64,000 nt of DNA, taken from the NCBI RefSeq assembly GCF_000150275.1, contig NW_002060964.1, positions 487,643 to 551,642 on the forward strand. The letters are read 5' to 3'. How positions within the stretch are numbered: the stretch's first letter is position 1; each line of letters starts with the position of its first letter. This document shows, piece after piece, positions 14,348 to 27,260 of the stretch. Both the position numbers and the translations under genes were made by a program. The notes beneath the pieces were generated by a model that was given only the letters and a program-made list of their open reading frames with translations, was not told where the DNA came from and ran no database searches. The stretch is from Trichoplax adhaerens (lineage: Eukaryota; Animalia; Placozoa).

Positions 14348-17300
14348 ATGGTCTCAGATGCTACCAAAACTACACCATCTGATAGGTAAAGCTATTAATA
14401 AGGAAAGAGAAGTAAAATTTTTTTCATTAAGAGAGAGATAAAGTCTTATTTATGTTGTCTTCGATAGAAGAAAGAAGAACTTTAATTTATCTAAATAGTA
14501 AAATTTTTGCTATAATCATTAGTAGCATAAATGCTGATCATTTTATGGAAGCATAATCTACAAATGAGTGTGTNNNNNNNNNNNNNNNNNNNNNNNNNNN
14601 NNNNNNNNNNNNNNNNNNNNNNNNNNNNNNNNNNNNNNNNNNNNNNNNNNNNNNNNNNNNNNNNNNNNNNNNNNNNNNNNNNNNNNNNNNNNNNNNNNNN
14701 NNNNNNNNNNNNNNNNNNNNNNNNNNNNNNNNNNNNNNNNNNNNNNNNNNNNNNNNNNNNNNNNNNNNNNNNNNNNNNNNNNNNNNNNNNNNNNNNNNNN
14801 NNNNNNNNNNNNNNNNNNNNNNNNNNNNNNNNNNNNNNNNNNNNNNNNNNNNNNNNNNNNNNNNNNNNNNNNNNNNNNNNNNNNNNNNNNNNNNNNNNNN
14901 NNNNNNNNNNNNNNNNNNNNNNNNNNNNNNNNNNNNNNNNNNNNNNNNNNNNNNNNNNNNNNNNNNNNNNNNNNNNNNNNNNNNNNNNNNNNNNNNNNNN
15001 NNNNNNNNNNNNNNNNNNNNNNNNNNNNNNNNNNNNNNNNNNNNGAGGCGTTAAAGTCTTTGTGTAGTCTGCTAGTAGAGCAAAAGTGTTTCTGATAGTG
15101 CAGATATCGTTCCTTGATACGTGGTTCAAGGAATTGACTTATTGATCGTACATTACGTTATCTTGTTGCAAAGCTGTTTTGTGACAGAGTGATAGCAACG
15201 TTTCGATAACTCTAAACTAATCTTAGATATTCCCATTTTGCTGATGCTTTTACTTACTGTTACTACTGTAAACTCGTACGCGTAATTTTATTTCATCATC
15301 TTAGGAAAACTGGGGTTTATAAAGCACCATAATCAAGATTAAAATTACTAATTTTCAAGAAATAAAAGTTGTCATACGATTTATTTGAAAGTACTATTTA
15401 AAAGTGGGTTAAAATAACGTTTCGGTAATGCTAATTATATTTCAGATATTACCTTCTGCTGATGTTTTTTAAATACTGTATTATGACTGCTATAGAAATA
15501 TAAGTTTATATCATCATCAAAGTAAATCTGGGGTTTACAAGAATTATAATCAAGATTAAAATTACGACCTACAAATGAATTACATAATATTTTAGTAACA
15601 TTAATTTTACTGAACTTACTACGCTATCCACTAAAGCTCTTTCATATTATGACTGCAACATAAATTTAATTCCATCATCCAAGTTAGACTGAGAGTTTAC
15701 AAGTATGCTATTCACGATGAAACAATCAGAAGGCTACTGTTCACATCATAAAAGAATAAAAGTAGATATAGTATAATTTAAGCAAACTTTTAGTTAGCAA
15801 ATGGGCGTTAGAAAGTCATTCTATAACGTACCTAAATTTGACATCGTCGTGCACGTAGATAAAATTGATGTAAGGTCTAGTTCCAGTATTATCTTTGCTT
15901 TACTCATGCTTTTTATTTTAATGGCTGCTTACGGATTTGGTCCAGTAATTTAAATTCAAATTTCGCTTTACAAGCTTTGTAGTAAAGGCAAATTCTACTT
16001 GTGCTCCATTTTACTAAAAGAATAACGGAAATGTTTCTTAGTAATACATAGCTATAATTTCTCAGAGGCACACATATTCTATGCGATTAAGGGGCAATTA
16101 TTTTTAGGTGTTATTCCTTTATTACGCTGTTTATATTTTTATCAATATGATCTTTGTATAATTTATTCTCTCTTTCGAGCATCGAATATTGTAAACTTAA
16201 CGTAAATTGAGTGCCCAAGTTTAAAAGCTAACATTTTAAGAAGAAAATTGATTTCAGTTTTAGCAATTCTACAAACTTGTTTAATTAAGGTAGCTAATGC
16301 TGATGATCTAAATTTAGTACTACAACATGTCCTACTTATCACTTTCTAAGTAATCACGCAATGTGGATAACCTTCATTTGCTATAGTAACTCTACAGAAT
16401 GTTTAAATTGATCTACTTTTTTATGTGAACTTTAACTTATTCCTTTCTACTTCAAATACTAATCTGTTAATCATTCGGGTATAGATTGAATTTATTTTAA
16501 AAATATTTACAGCACTTTTTCTATCTTTATTGGCTCTGGATTTAATAGTATATGGCTTAATTTAAAAAAGATCAATAGTCTAATAGCGATCTGATGCATT
16601 TAAAACTTTATATTGCAGATATTATATAGTGTATTTCTTATTCGTGATCCTTAGCATTACTTAAGTTGATTAATAGTTTTATAGAAATCAAGTGGATTTA
16701 TAATTTTATGTTTCAGATATCACATCGTGTATATCTTATTCATCATCCTTGGCATCGCAAGCGAAATGCCTTCACGCATCTTTATTACAGCATCAGGGGT
16801 AAAAGAGTTATTTAGTTTAGCGATGCTTCTATATTAATCTTAATTTGCTTTGATAGTCTTAATTTAATATTTTTTAACGAGTTTCAATGAATCAATTAAA
16901 ATATTCTACGTTGCAGTACTTCTCAGCCAAGCTGGAAGAAACGCATATTCAATATATTATAGAGAGTTACTTAATGTTGGCCTATTGGTTTCCGAACTTG
17001 CTTGCAAGCGCAATCAACATTGTTTTGTTGCAATCGTAAGATACCATAGAAATAAAATATCATTTAATATTTATTTTCTAAATGTTTTAAAATTTACTGA
17101 TATGGAAGGTCGTTTGAGCTGTAGTTTATGAATTTATTAATTGCTCTAGGATTGACATCAGAAAGCGGATGACATTTTCCCTATCTGTATTAATATTTTT
17201 TTTAATAGTTACGACTATCTTGGCTAAATTAGATACATCTAGATGTAAGTCACGATTTGATCATGAAGGAATATACAAGCGATTACGGTGTTTAGTAACG

Positions 17301-20300
17301 TCTCGTTATTAGCGCAATGATACAATATTAACCGAGTCAAAATGACCCATAGTAATTTCTATGAATTGACCAACCATTTGCATTTTGTTAGTTAAATTAG
17401 TTACTTAAGTTCCAATTTAAATCTATTACTCACTAGAGCTTAATTTATGCTTAGATAATTTTATTCTAAAATTCAGTAATTGCAGTACATGACTATTCGC
17501 ACATACCCGTATGATAAATATATCAATATAGGTAGGGTTCATTATTATCTTAATCTGAATGGATTAACACATTGGCCTATTTGAGCCTCTATGAAGAAGC
17601 CGATTTAATTTATCATTAATACTTTTTGAATAATCATTTATGATTTTCTACAGTTTTTCGCACTAATTCTGGTTTACTTTTATATATTTAGTATAACAGT
17701 CGATTTATCTATGACATTAGTCCAATCTCCGATTGATAGATGACAATATTCTAGCTTAGGAAGCAGCAATTAGTCTATCACTTATTCAGAATAGATATCA
17801 GTCTAATTTGCTAATAATGATAATTTAAATAAATTCTTAAGCCATTAAATACTTAAACATGGATCCATTTTCGTTCTATTCTATAATTGTAGGGCAAAAA
17901 ATCTTTNNNNNNNNNNNNNNNNNNNNNNNNNNNNNNNNNNNNNNNNNNNNNNNNNNNNNNNNNNNNNNNNNNNNNNNNNNNNNNNNNNNNNNNNNNNNNN
18001 NNNNNNNNNNNNNNNNNNNNNNNNNNNNNNNNNNNNNNNNNNNNNNNNNNNNNNNNNNNNNNNNNNNNNNNNNNNNNNNNNNNNNNNNNNNNNNNNNNNN
18101 NNNNNNNNNNNNNNNNNNNNNNNNNNNNNNNNNNNNNNNNNNNNNNNNNNNNNNNNNNNNNNNNNNNNNNNNNNNNNNNNNNNNNNNNNNNNNNNNNNNN
18201 NNNNNNNNNNNNNNNNNNNNNNNNNNNNNNNNNNNNNNNNNNNNNNNNNNNNNNNNNNNNNNNNNNNNNNNNNNNNNNNNNNNNNNNNNNNNNNNNNNNN
18301 NNNNNNNNNNNNNNNNNNNNNNNNNNNNNNNNNNNNNNNNNNNNNNNNNNNNNNNNNNNNNNNNNNNNNNNNNNNNNNNNNNNNNNNNNNNNNNNNNNNN
18401 NNNNNNNNNNNNNNNNNNNNNNNNNNNNNNNNNNNNNNNNNNNNNNNNNNNNNNNNNNNNNNNNNNNNNNNNNNNNNNNNNNNNNNNNNNNNNNNNNNNN
18501 NNNNNNNNNNNNNNNNNNNNNNNNNNNNNNNNNNNNNNNNNNNNNNNNNNNNNNNNNNNNNNNNNNNNNNNNNNNNNNNNNNNNNNNNNNNNNNNNNNNN
18601 NNNNNNNNNNNNNNNNNNNNNNNNNNNNNNNNNNNNNNNNNNNNNNNNNNNNNNNNNNNNNNNNNNNNNNNNNNNNNNNNNNNNNNNNNNNNNNNNNNNN
18701 NNNNNNNNNNNNNNNNNNNNNNNNNNNNNNNNNNNNNNNNNNNNNNNNNNNNNNNNNNNNNNNNNNNNNNNNNNNNNNNNNNNNNNNNNNNNNNNNNNNN
18801 NNNNNNNNNNNNNNNNNNNNNNNNNNNNNNNNNNNNNNNNNNNNNNNNNNNNNNNGCCTCAAGCTAGCCTTCAATGACAATCTAATACTTTTTCGATTCT
18901 ATCTGTAATCTTTTGGTATGTATTTCGAATATCCATGGAAACTCCTGCGCAGGGCATTTCCGGAATCTTTACTGCATTAGCCAACATCATATCATTAATT
19001 GGTAAGAATAGTCGGCTAGATCCATAAAATATATGAAATCCAGCAATTAACAGATTTGAACTGTGTTATGTACGTATTTTAAGCTATTACGATATTATTT
19101 ATACAACTGCATAGCTGAGATCTCGCATGATAGACACAAAATCATGGATTTCTTACATCGCACAGTAAAACAACGACATTTATTCAATGGTGAACTTGAT
19201 CAGTAAAATTTTGCTACATTAAGAATATTTTTCAATTTAATAATTTTTTATTTTCCGATGCGTGCAATTTGTTTTCTGTAAAAAATTGATGTGCGCATAA
19301 TACGAAAGGCTATTTTCAGGATATTGTACGTACTTACGAGCACATTATCAGTTCGATTTATGTTATAGCCAGAATCATGTAAGCTATCAAATACAAATTT
19401 ACCTAATATTATTAGATCTTATCATTTTGGTTAAATTAAGTTTTGCGTTTTGTACGTCCACTGCCCATCATTGGCTAAGCAAGTTATTGTAACTATTCAA
19501 GTCATGCATGAAAGGGCTACCTTGAATACTAGCTCTCTTATGAATTGGGTTGTAGTTTTACGGAAGCATACTTCGTATTATACCAAAATTCACAACGAAA
19601 GCTCACTTTATTTCTAACTTATATCTTTTTATCCAACATTTTCTCAATTTCACAGTATCCCTTCCTTTAAATAACTCAGACAAAGAAACGTCTCGTCTCA
19701 AATATCTTACTGAATCTAAATTATCTTACGTCATGTCTGTGTATGGTTAAATTGCTTAATTTCAATTAAGCTAAGGATGTGTTATAGATTCATTTGTATA
19801 AAATGTGTAATAAATTCGAACGAACTGAGATACATAAGCCATAATAATCCTTAGAAGTGCAATCAGTTTATCATATTACCAATAATGTAGCGATTTTGTT
19901 AAAAAGGCATTTAATTCTAGTTTTCCACTACTATCCGTGCCATAAATAGCTCTTTAAATTACTTAATCTATCATTTCCACCCCTAACGATAGCTATAAAT
20001 TTTTCTAATCTTCCTACAGCAATAAGGTCTTCCAACCGTAGCGGAATTGCCTATTTTATCAGTGGAATTGCATTACTGGTCCTATGCTTAATCATTCAGC
20101 ACTTACTGGAAAAAAATGTCAGTTTTAGATACCTTATCTAATGAATGCATAAATTTATATTATTTACGATTTCTCCAAGACGTTAATGCTAAGTCCCAAT
20201 TTAGTGCAACGTTTAATATTGAAGGTATTGAGTTAATTAAATTCAATTTATTGTAGGCATTTGCAAGATATTACATGGAAGCTAATTTAGAATATGGTTA

Positions 20301-22430
20301 GGACTTTACTAGATAATATAAATATGATTAGAATATTTAAATCAGTACTTATGATTTATTACGTAATCATCATTTCAAAGACTAGATGACATTATAATAA
20401 ATAATATTTATAATCAAATGATCTTATTTTAAACAGCTATTCAGCAGAAAAAAGCTATAGATGAGGATAATCAAGCTTCTAATGATTCTGATGACGAATA
20501 CGAGCATGTTCCATTTGAAAATAACAGAAAGGAGCGTCTCAAGTACGCTTTCACAAAGGTACGGTAGTTCAGTGCGATGAGAGGATTAATTAGTATTTGA
20601 GTTACTTTTTAAAGGTTATTGACTGATACAATCTATCCATGGCTTACTTTTAGATATGGCCTGTAGTTTGTGCTCAGTTTTTGTGCTTTAGTGTTACGTA
20701 TTCCATTTTTCCTGGTATCACATGCCGCGTTATTTCAGTTCATAAGAGAAATAACAGTATGTTAACAGGTATTGTTGCAAAAATAGTCTAATAATAAAAA
20801 ATCAAGATCATGTACAATTCCTAATTTTAAGTTTACACTAATCAATTGAGATGTTAAAACAAAGTTTATTTATAATGGCTAATGCTATTCAAATTAAAGA
20901 GTCATCGCAAAGCCTTGTTATTTAATTATTCTATGTTAGGTGTCTTATTCGTACCAGTGGCATGCTTTTTGTTATTTGCTATATCCAATTTTGTTGGTCG
21001 ATTTATCTCCAAGTTAATACAATTGGTCAGTAATCCGATGCCTTTATTGTACTATAATCAAGATAAAAATTATATTTTAAAAATCAGTCTATCACAATTG
21101 CGAGCTTTTGTAATAAATGATCAGCACCAAGTTGGTATAAGTAGACTATATTTAAAAAATCTTTATATTTTTACTCATCGGCAAGGAAATATCTAGATCA
21201 AGCAAGCTAATTCATGATATGCCTGACTATTAATGTACATTATGCTTTAATTAGTACTTATCAACTATTAAGGATTAAATGATAGTGAAGTAATTCTCTA
21301 ATAAAAACCAATATAGTTTCAAGCCTAAAGATTATTCTTTCGGTATTAAAACTACTAATTTTATGANNNNNNNNNNNNNNNNNNNNNNNNNNNNNNNNNN
21401 NNNNNNNNNNNNNNNNNNNNNNNNNNNNNNNNNNNNNNNNNNNNNNNNNNNNNNNNNNNNNNNNNNNNNNNNNNNNNNNNNNNNNNNNNNNNNNNNNNNN
21501 NNNNNNNNNNNNNNNNNNNNNNNNNNNNNNNNNNNNNNNNNNNNNNNNNNNNNNNNNNNNNNNNNNNNNNNNNNNNNNNNNNNNNNNNNNNNNNNNNNNN
21601 NNNNNNNNNNNNNNNNNNNNNNNNNNNNNNNNNNNNNNNNNNNNNNNNNNNNNNNNNNNNNNNNNNNNNNNNNNNNNNNTAGTGTAGTAGATTGGCTATA
21701 ATTTACAATTAATTTATTAAATTAAGTACAAACGACTTTTTAATGGCATATCTAAGTAGTACTTCACTTCGTATTGCTATTCTATCATAATTTAAAAACA
21801 CATAACTACTGTATTATTTGCAATCACTGCAGCTATTTTGTAACGTAACACCTAAAACTAAAATCTGAATGATCAGTTGTGTAGATGAAAATGTATTGCT
21901 AGTCAAGTCAATATAGATCCGATGCAACCTAAAGTTATTTCAAAAGAGCTATCATACAAAATATCACGCTTTACTCAGATAAATTAGCTAGTCAAGTATA
22001 CAATATAAGATGTAAGCTTATTTGCTTTTGAAAAGTACTGGTAATTAGGTCGATCTAAAATAAATATAGATCATAAACCTCATTTAACAATAGTGATTAT
22101 AAATGATATTTTGTTTTTGCAGGTAAAAATTTTGCAAACAGTGAGTTAGTTGATGCTTGATCTTCGTATGAATAATATTTAAGCAGATAACCATAACTGA
22201 TACAACTTTGGATATTAATGACAATATCCATCGACACTAGCAGAAAAAATTTTCTGCTATCGCAAAACATCTCATGAAGCTATTAAAGCTAAACTGTATT
22301 TCAATCTATGATCCTTAGACGGGTTCAAGCGCGACTTAGCGAATCGGCAGGAGCAATGACCTATTTCTTCCTTGCTACTGGAGTCAATGTAGGTACAGCG
22401 TTTTCATTTGTTCTAGCTATAATAGTCTAG
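14348..22430 (+). CDS. ENT/SLC29 paralog C (14-exon structure; most of exon 5, exon 6 and exon 13 presumably fall in assembly gaps)
   Basis: Visible exons 14348-14385, 16717-16798, 16917-17035, 17150-17244, 17893-(gap at 17907), 18953-19001, 20020-20117, 20257-20296, 20437-20558, 20654-20768, 20940-21025, 22319-22430. All are in frame and match gene B exon lengths; intactness cannot be confirmed across the gaps. Confidence 0.85.
14574..15044. other. Assembly gap (intron 1 of gene C)
   Basis: Run of N. Confidence 1.
15240..15730 (+). repeat. Degenerate tandem repeat, three units of about 170-215 bp, in intron 1 of gene C
   Basis: Recurring core catcatc...ctggggttta.aa...ataatcaagattaaaattac near 15294, 15512 and 15673 (third unit more diverged). 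Confidence 0.7.
16619..16664 (+). other. Truncated duplicate of ENT exon 2 (pseudo-exon) in intron 1 of gene C
   Basis: tattgcag acceptor, then the same phase as exon 2, reading YYIVYFLFVILSIT*; starts 98 nt upstream of the real exon 2 (YHIVYILFIILGIA...). Confidence 0.75.
17907..18855. other. Assembly gap (expected to hide the end of exon 5 and exon 6 of gene C)
   Basis: Run of N beginning inside exon 5 (WQKIF...). Confidence 1.
21366..21679. other. Assembly gap (expected to hide the 203-nt exon 13 of gene C)
   Basis: Run of N between exons 12 and 14. Confidence 1.
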
Positions 22431-25400
22431 CCTCTAAATATAATCAAATTTGCCATACTGGATAAGCCTTGTCATGGAGAAAGTTTATTAAACACCTTAT
22501 TTATATACAAATACGAAAACGATTGCTGATAAATGAGATAGCTGATGAATTTCAATGCAGAGCTAAATCTTGATTATTATTGCATCGGTATCGAGTAGTA
22601 AATTTAAATTACATATCATTATGACAGTATTTGCTATTTTAAAATAATATAATGCGAAATAATTAAGCCATATCCAATATTATATCTAAAAAATATACTG
22701 TATATTTATCTGGCATAAAACTTGCTAATCATTTCTATCTCAATTCTTGGGATTTAAATTATTTTATATGATACTTTTGCTACAGTAATTATAACAATAT
22801 CCATCCTTACATATTATACGAAATATGATTGAATCTATAAAATTTTCCTCAGTGTATTGCCATTTAGCTCAAATATCTCTAATGTACAGTATATCTTGTA
22901 CTTTAACGTCATATTCCGATGATGTATGTTTAATTTACGTTTTACTTTATGTCAATTCCTTAAATAAAAGCGTTCAAAAGTGTATTCTGTATAGGATGCT
23001 GTCACAAAACAGCTTTCGTGATCGTACCTAAACTAGTCTATCTACTCTTATGATTCTCCGACTAACTCCGGAGATCCTTAGTAAGGGAAACTAACTTATT
23101 CCTATACTATAGTAATCGAGTCAATCGATAGGTTTAGGTTAATAAATATATTTATTACTAGCCCGTTTACGTTTGTCAATTCTATTACCCGTTAGTAATT
23201 ATTTGTGTAGCTGAGAGTTAGATCAGCTGCGATAAGTCTCCTAAGTCAGTTGGGGACAAGAGTACTAATGGCGTTAGTGTTTAAGACCAGTTTACAAAGG
23301 CTTAATTGTAACAAGGAGATAACCAGCATCCTGCACCGAGAACTGAGGGCTTCTTCACATTTATTATTTTCGTTGAAAAGGCCTATTAGCGGCTATAACC
23401 AGAATTCCCCTTTCGTGTGAACTTGTAGTAAAAGTATCCCACAATATCATTCTCTTAGTCAAAAGGGAATCTAAGAAAAGGCTTACAAAATTTTAGAATA
23501 GTAAAGTAATAATCTACTGTAAAGTTTTCCGAGTTCATAGTGAAGTCAAGTCCTATCTAAACTGATCTTTGCATCTCTTAAATACATTTGGTTAATTCCA
23601 TTTACGAATCATAAGCTAAAATCAGACTTATGTCATCAAATAGAATATTTCACCTTAAATAGACCATCACTATCTTCTTCAATTCAAATCATTCTACTTA
23701 AAATATTACTAGTCTTTTCTTAATGTACCACACCTTTCGGTGTTGAGCATCTTCACTTATGCAGTATATAAGGTCACACAAATCTTGTGGTATTGCATCG
23801 TTTCAGCTAGCTAATATTTGTAATCATCAATTCTAATATGTAGTTTGCAAACATCTAACATTAGCATCACAGTAATATCTATTCTTAGAAACCTATCTCT
23901 ATCAAATATTGCCTTTAATATAATCAATTATGGAAAGCATCACAACAGGACTCCATTGCTGCTATGGCATGACCTGTCATGTTGCTGCTTAGTAAATACC
24001 TAGTTCAACCTATTTTCCAGATATGGTTTTCAGTGTTATATAGCTCTGCTCAGAATATCAGCATTTCTACTAAAGACTAGTCATCTATGTAAGCATCATT
24101 GATCGGCGCATTCATGTATAAATTAAATCATAGCGTTTCGTTATTTATTTTAGCCACAGCTCCTAGCTATCGCTAGTTTAAAGGCTAAGTTACTTCAGAG
24201 ATTGGAATACACAAATATGATGACGAGATTGTTCCAAAAGTAATCATAAGCCTTAATAGCAAGAGGGAAATCATACTCAATCAAATGCTGTAGTAAACCG
24301 TGCCTTATGAAGTTAATAACTGTTATGATAATGCATAACCTAATCTTTAATTTCTTAATCCTGGTATTCCAACTTTAGTTTTAAAAATGGCTTGTTTCAG
24401 TTAAAGTTCCCTCATGTGAAGGTATGCTAGCCATGTCTAGTTGAATAACGTCCTTATTTAAGATTAATCTAATTGGATGTTTTAGAGAATCAGCAAGCAA
24501 GACAATAAAATTACAATTAAGGTCAAATTTGATCTTAAAATTCCCAAATTGGTTGAAAGTTAAAATTTCATACACACCGCATTAAGTCGTGGTTTAAAGA
24601 TATTCTTAACAAGCTTCTCTGTACATAACATTCCTGCAGTATCTGGGATTACCTTAATCAAAATTTCAAAGCTTGATTTTACTATTCTTTACCCAATTTT
24701 TATTTTAAAGTTTAGCTTAACAGGATATGCGCATATGTTTAATGCTTATTAAAATCAAAATCAAAAGTTATTATGAAAGGCATTGTCTGCATGCTTTGCC
24801 TTCGAAAGCTATATATGAAATGCGAACTTCAGGATGGAAAATCTAGCAGTAGTTCTATAATTGCCCTTCCTTAGGATATAGATATTTGTAAAATGGGGCA
24901 TAATCAGTATCTTATGACAAGAACTGAAGGCTTCTATACATTTGCTCTTCTTCAGTTATGAGTTTGAAAGCTCAATCACATCAATATATCGACTAATTCA
25001 TCCACTGCTAATATTTTCATACCACTACACGAAGCATCAATCGGAAATAAATATTTCATTAATCGGGGACATTAGTTGATTTTAAATTTAATCTCTATAG
25101 TTGGATATCCAAATGTAGCTTATATATGATAGCAAAAGTGATGGAGGTTCGAAGAGTCAGCGGACGTGGACTTAGCAGCCATTTACAAAATTAAACGAGG
25201 GATTCTGTTAGGAAATTAATACACTATTGTAGATAGTAACAGTTACATGTTGTGAAGTAACGTGCGTGGATACTAATACTCACAACCGAAAGTCACAAAT
25301 CTGAGATAGAAATCATCATTATTTCTAGCCTTTGAGATAAAACACATGTAGAGAACAGGATTTTAGAATTAGATACGACATTTACCATTAGAGACATATG

Positions 25401-27260
25401 TGCTATGCTGTAGGACGCTAGCCATATCTAGTTTAATAGTATTCGTTTGATACTTATTACGTCACTACGTTTCCTAAATTATAGAGTTTAAGAAAGTATT
25501 GTTACTGACAATGTTTTAGTGTTACAGTATAGGAAATGCTAGGATTTATAGCACTTACAAGAGTAGGAATTAATATCCAATAGTAAATCTATATTACTCT
25601 TATTTTTAATAAAAAAGGAAAGCTATGAACGTTATTTGTAATATGATACAGCTATTAGCCAATAAGGCTTGTGATTACGTACGTAATTTAGATAAAATTA
25701 TTCTTTATAAATAAGTTTATCTTTTTATCTAATTACATTATTCAGGTGTATCTGGTATTTTATTGCTAAGATAAACAGTTATTTATGAGTGTATTTATTG
25801 GTTTAAATCAGTTGATTTTTGAGCGAGAACAGCGAGTCGCGAGTTACTGAATAAAGCTCTTTTGTGGATTATAGTACAGCGAGCCTTTTAAAATGGTAGT
25901 TCTTAGGTGTTAAAGTATCAGTACTATATTCTTACTAGATCTTTCGGCAGATCAGTGTAGTAATTTGTAGAAGTAACTCAAAGCAAATGCTTTACGTTAG
26001 ACTAGTAAACTTATCAGGAAGTGATCCGTGACAATACCTCATTATTAATCTAACATGGCGATATTAGATAATTATCAAGCGAGATGATTAAATTCCAGAA
26101 TGGGAAAAAATAGATCTCAAAATTCTCAAATTGACCAATTATTACAATATCATTGCATTGTTATTTAAAGATGTTCTAGACAAACCTGTAATTTAGCAAA
26201 ATGTAACTACTAAAAGGACTTTAGAAGAATGATTGAATCATCTAAAGTTGCCTGCTTACATACTTTTCGTAGCACCTGCATTCAAAATGCAAGAGAATAA
26301 TAACCAGTTTTAGTGCAAATTTAGATGGATGAAGATAGCTATGTTATTGACTTATATCGGTTTTCATGTCAGTGGCAAAAGCATCGCAGGCTGCAGTAAT
26401 TTATAAATAGTAAAAACAATTGTTAAACTAAAATAGTAATCTATATTATTCTATGAAGAAATAGGGTAGTTAAGCCTAATCAGTCCTCTATCATTCCCCT
26501 AGGGACATGGTCACACGGACACACAAAAATTGATAAGATTCTAAGTAAACTATGTCAAGCCAATCCAATTTATACATCAAACATCATTCTCAAACGTTGA
26601 AGATGGATTTTTTTCAAGTATATTGAATCGATATTACACAAATTTAAATTGAATTGCTGTATATAAAATGTTTGTGAGCAAAGACGTCGATCGGGGATGA
26701 GATGATTTCCAGTTTACAAGAGAAATGATCGTCTTACGTATTATAGTAAAGCTGTGGTCATCTATAAATCTACAGCGTTTTGAGAACCAATTTCCCTAGA
26801 GTATTCCATCTCCATAGTCTATATATTCCAAATAATCTGCGTCATTTCCCTTAAGTATAATTTCTTAAGATCTGTATAATAATGAAGTGACAGCCGATTA
26901 CGGCAAGTAGTATTATTCATTCGGAGTAAACTCAATAAAAAATCATTAGTGAAGTGCTTAGCATGGTAATGATGCTTTTATATCGAGTTTACGACAGTTG
27001 ATTTCAAAGATTTGATGATCGAAGATCATGACAGCATGAAATCATTAAGGATGACAGCTTAATAGAGATTTTCCAACTGGAAAATTCCTATTCCGAACCT
27101 TTGCCTGCTAATCTGTGTCAACTTGAATGATAGCCTATTGAACTAGCGATTGATTATTAGCACCGTTTTTGGATCAAAGTATAATATCCAACTGACTTAG
27201 CAAAATCTAATCTAGTTAAGAAGTAGAACTGCCAATCGTTGTACCAAAGCTTCAGAAATT

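Noticed and set aside
14491-21701. Long ORFs in the track (14491-15129, 14531-15067, 17859-18908, 17876-18880, 21363-21701)
   Set aside because: They consist almost entirely of X from N gaps.
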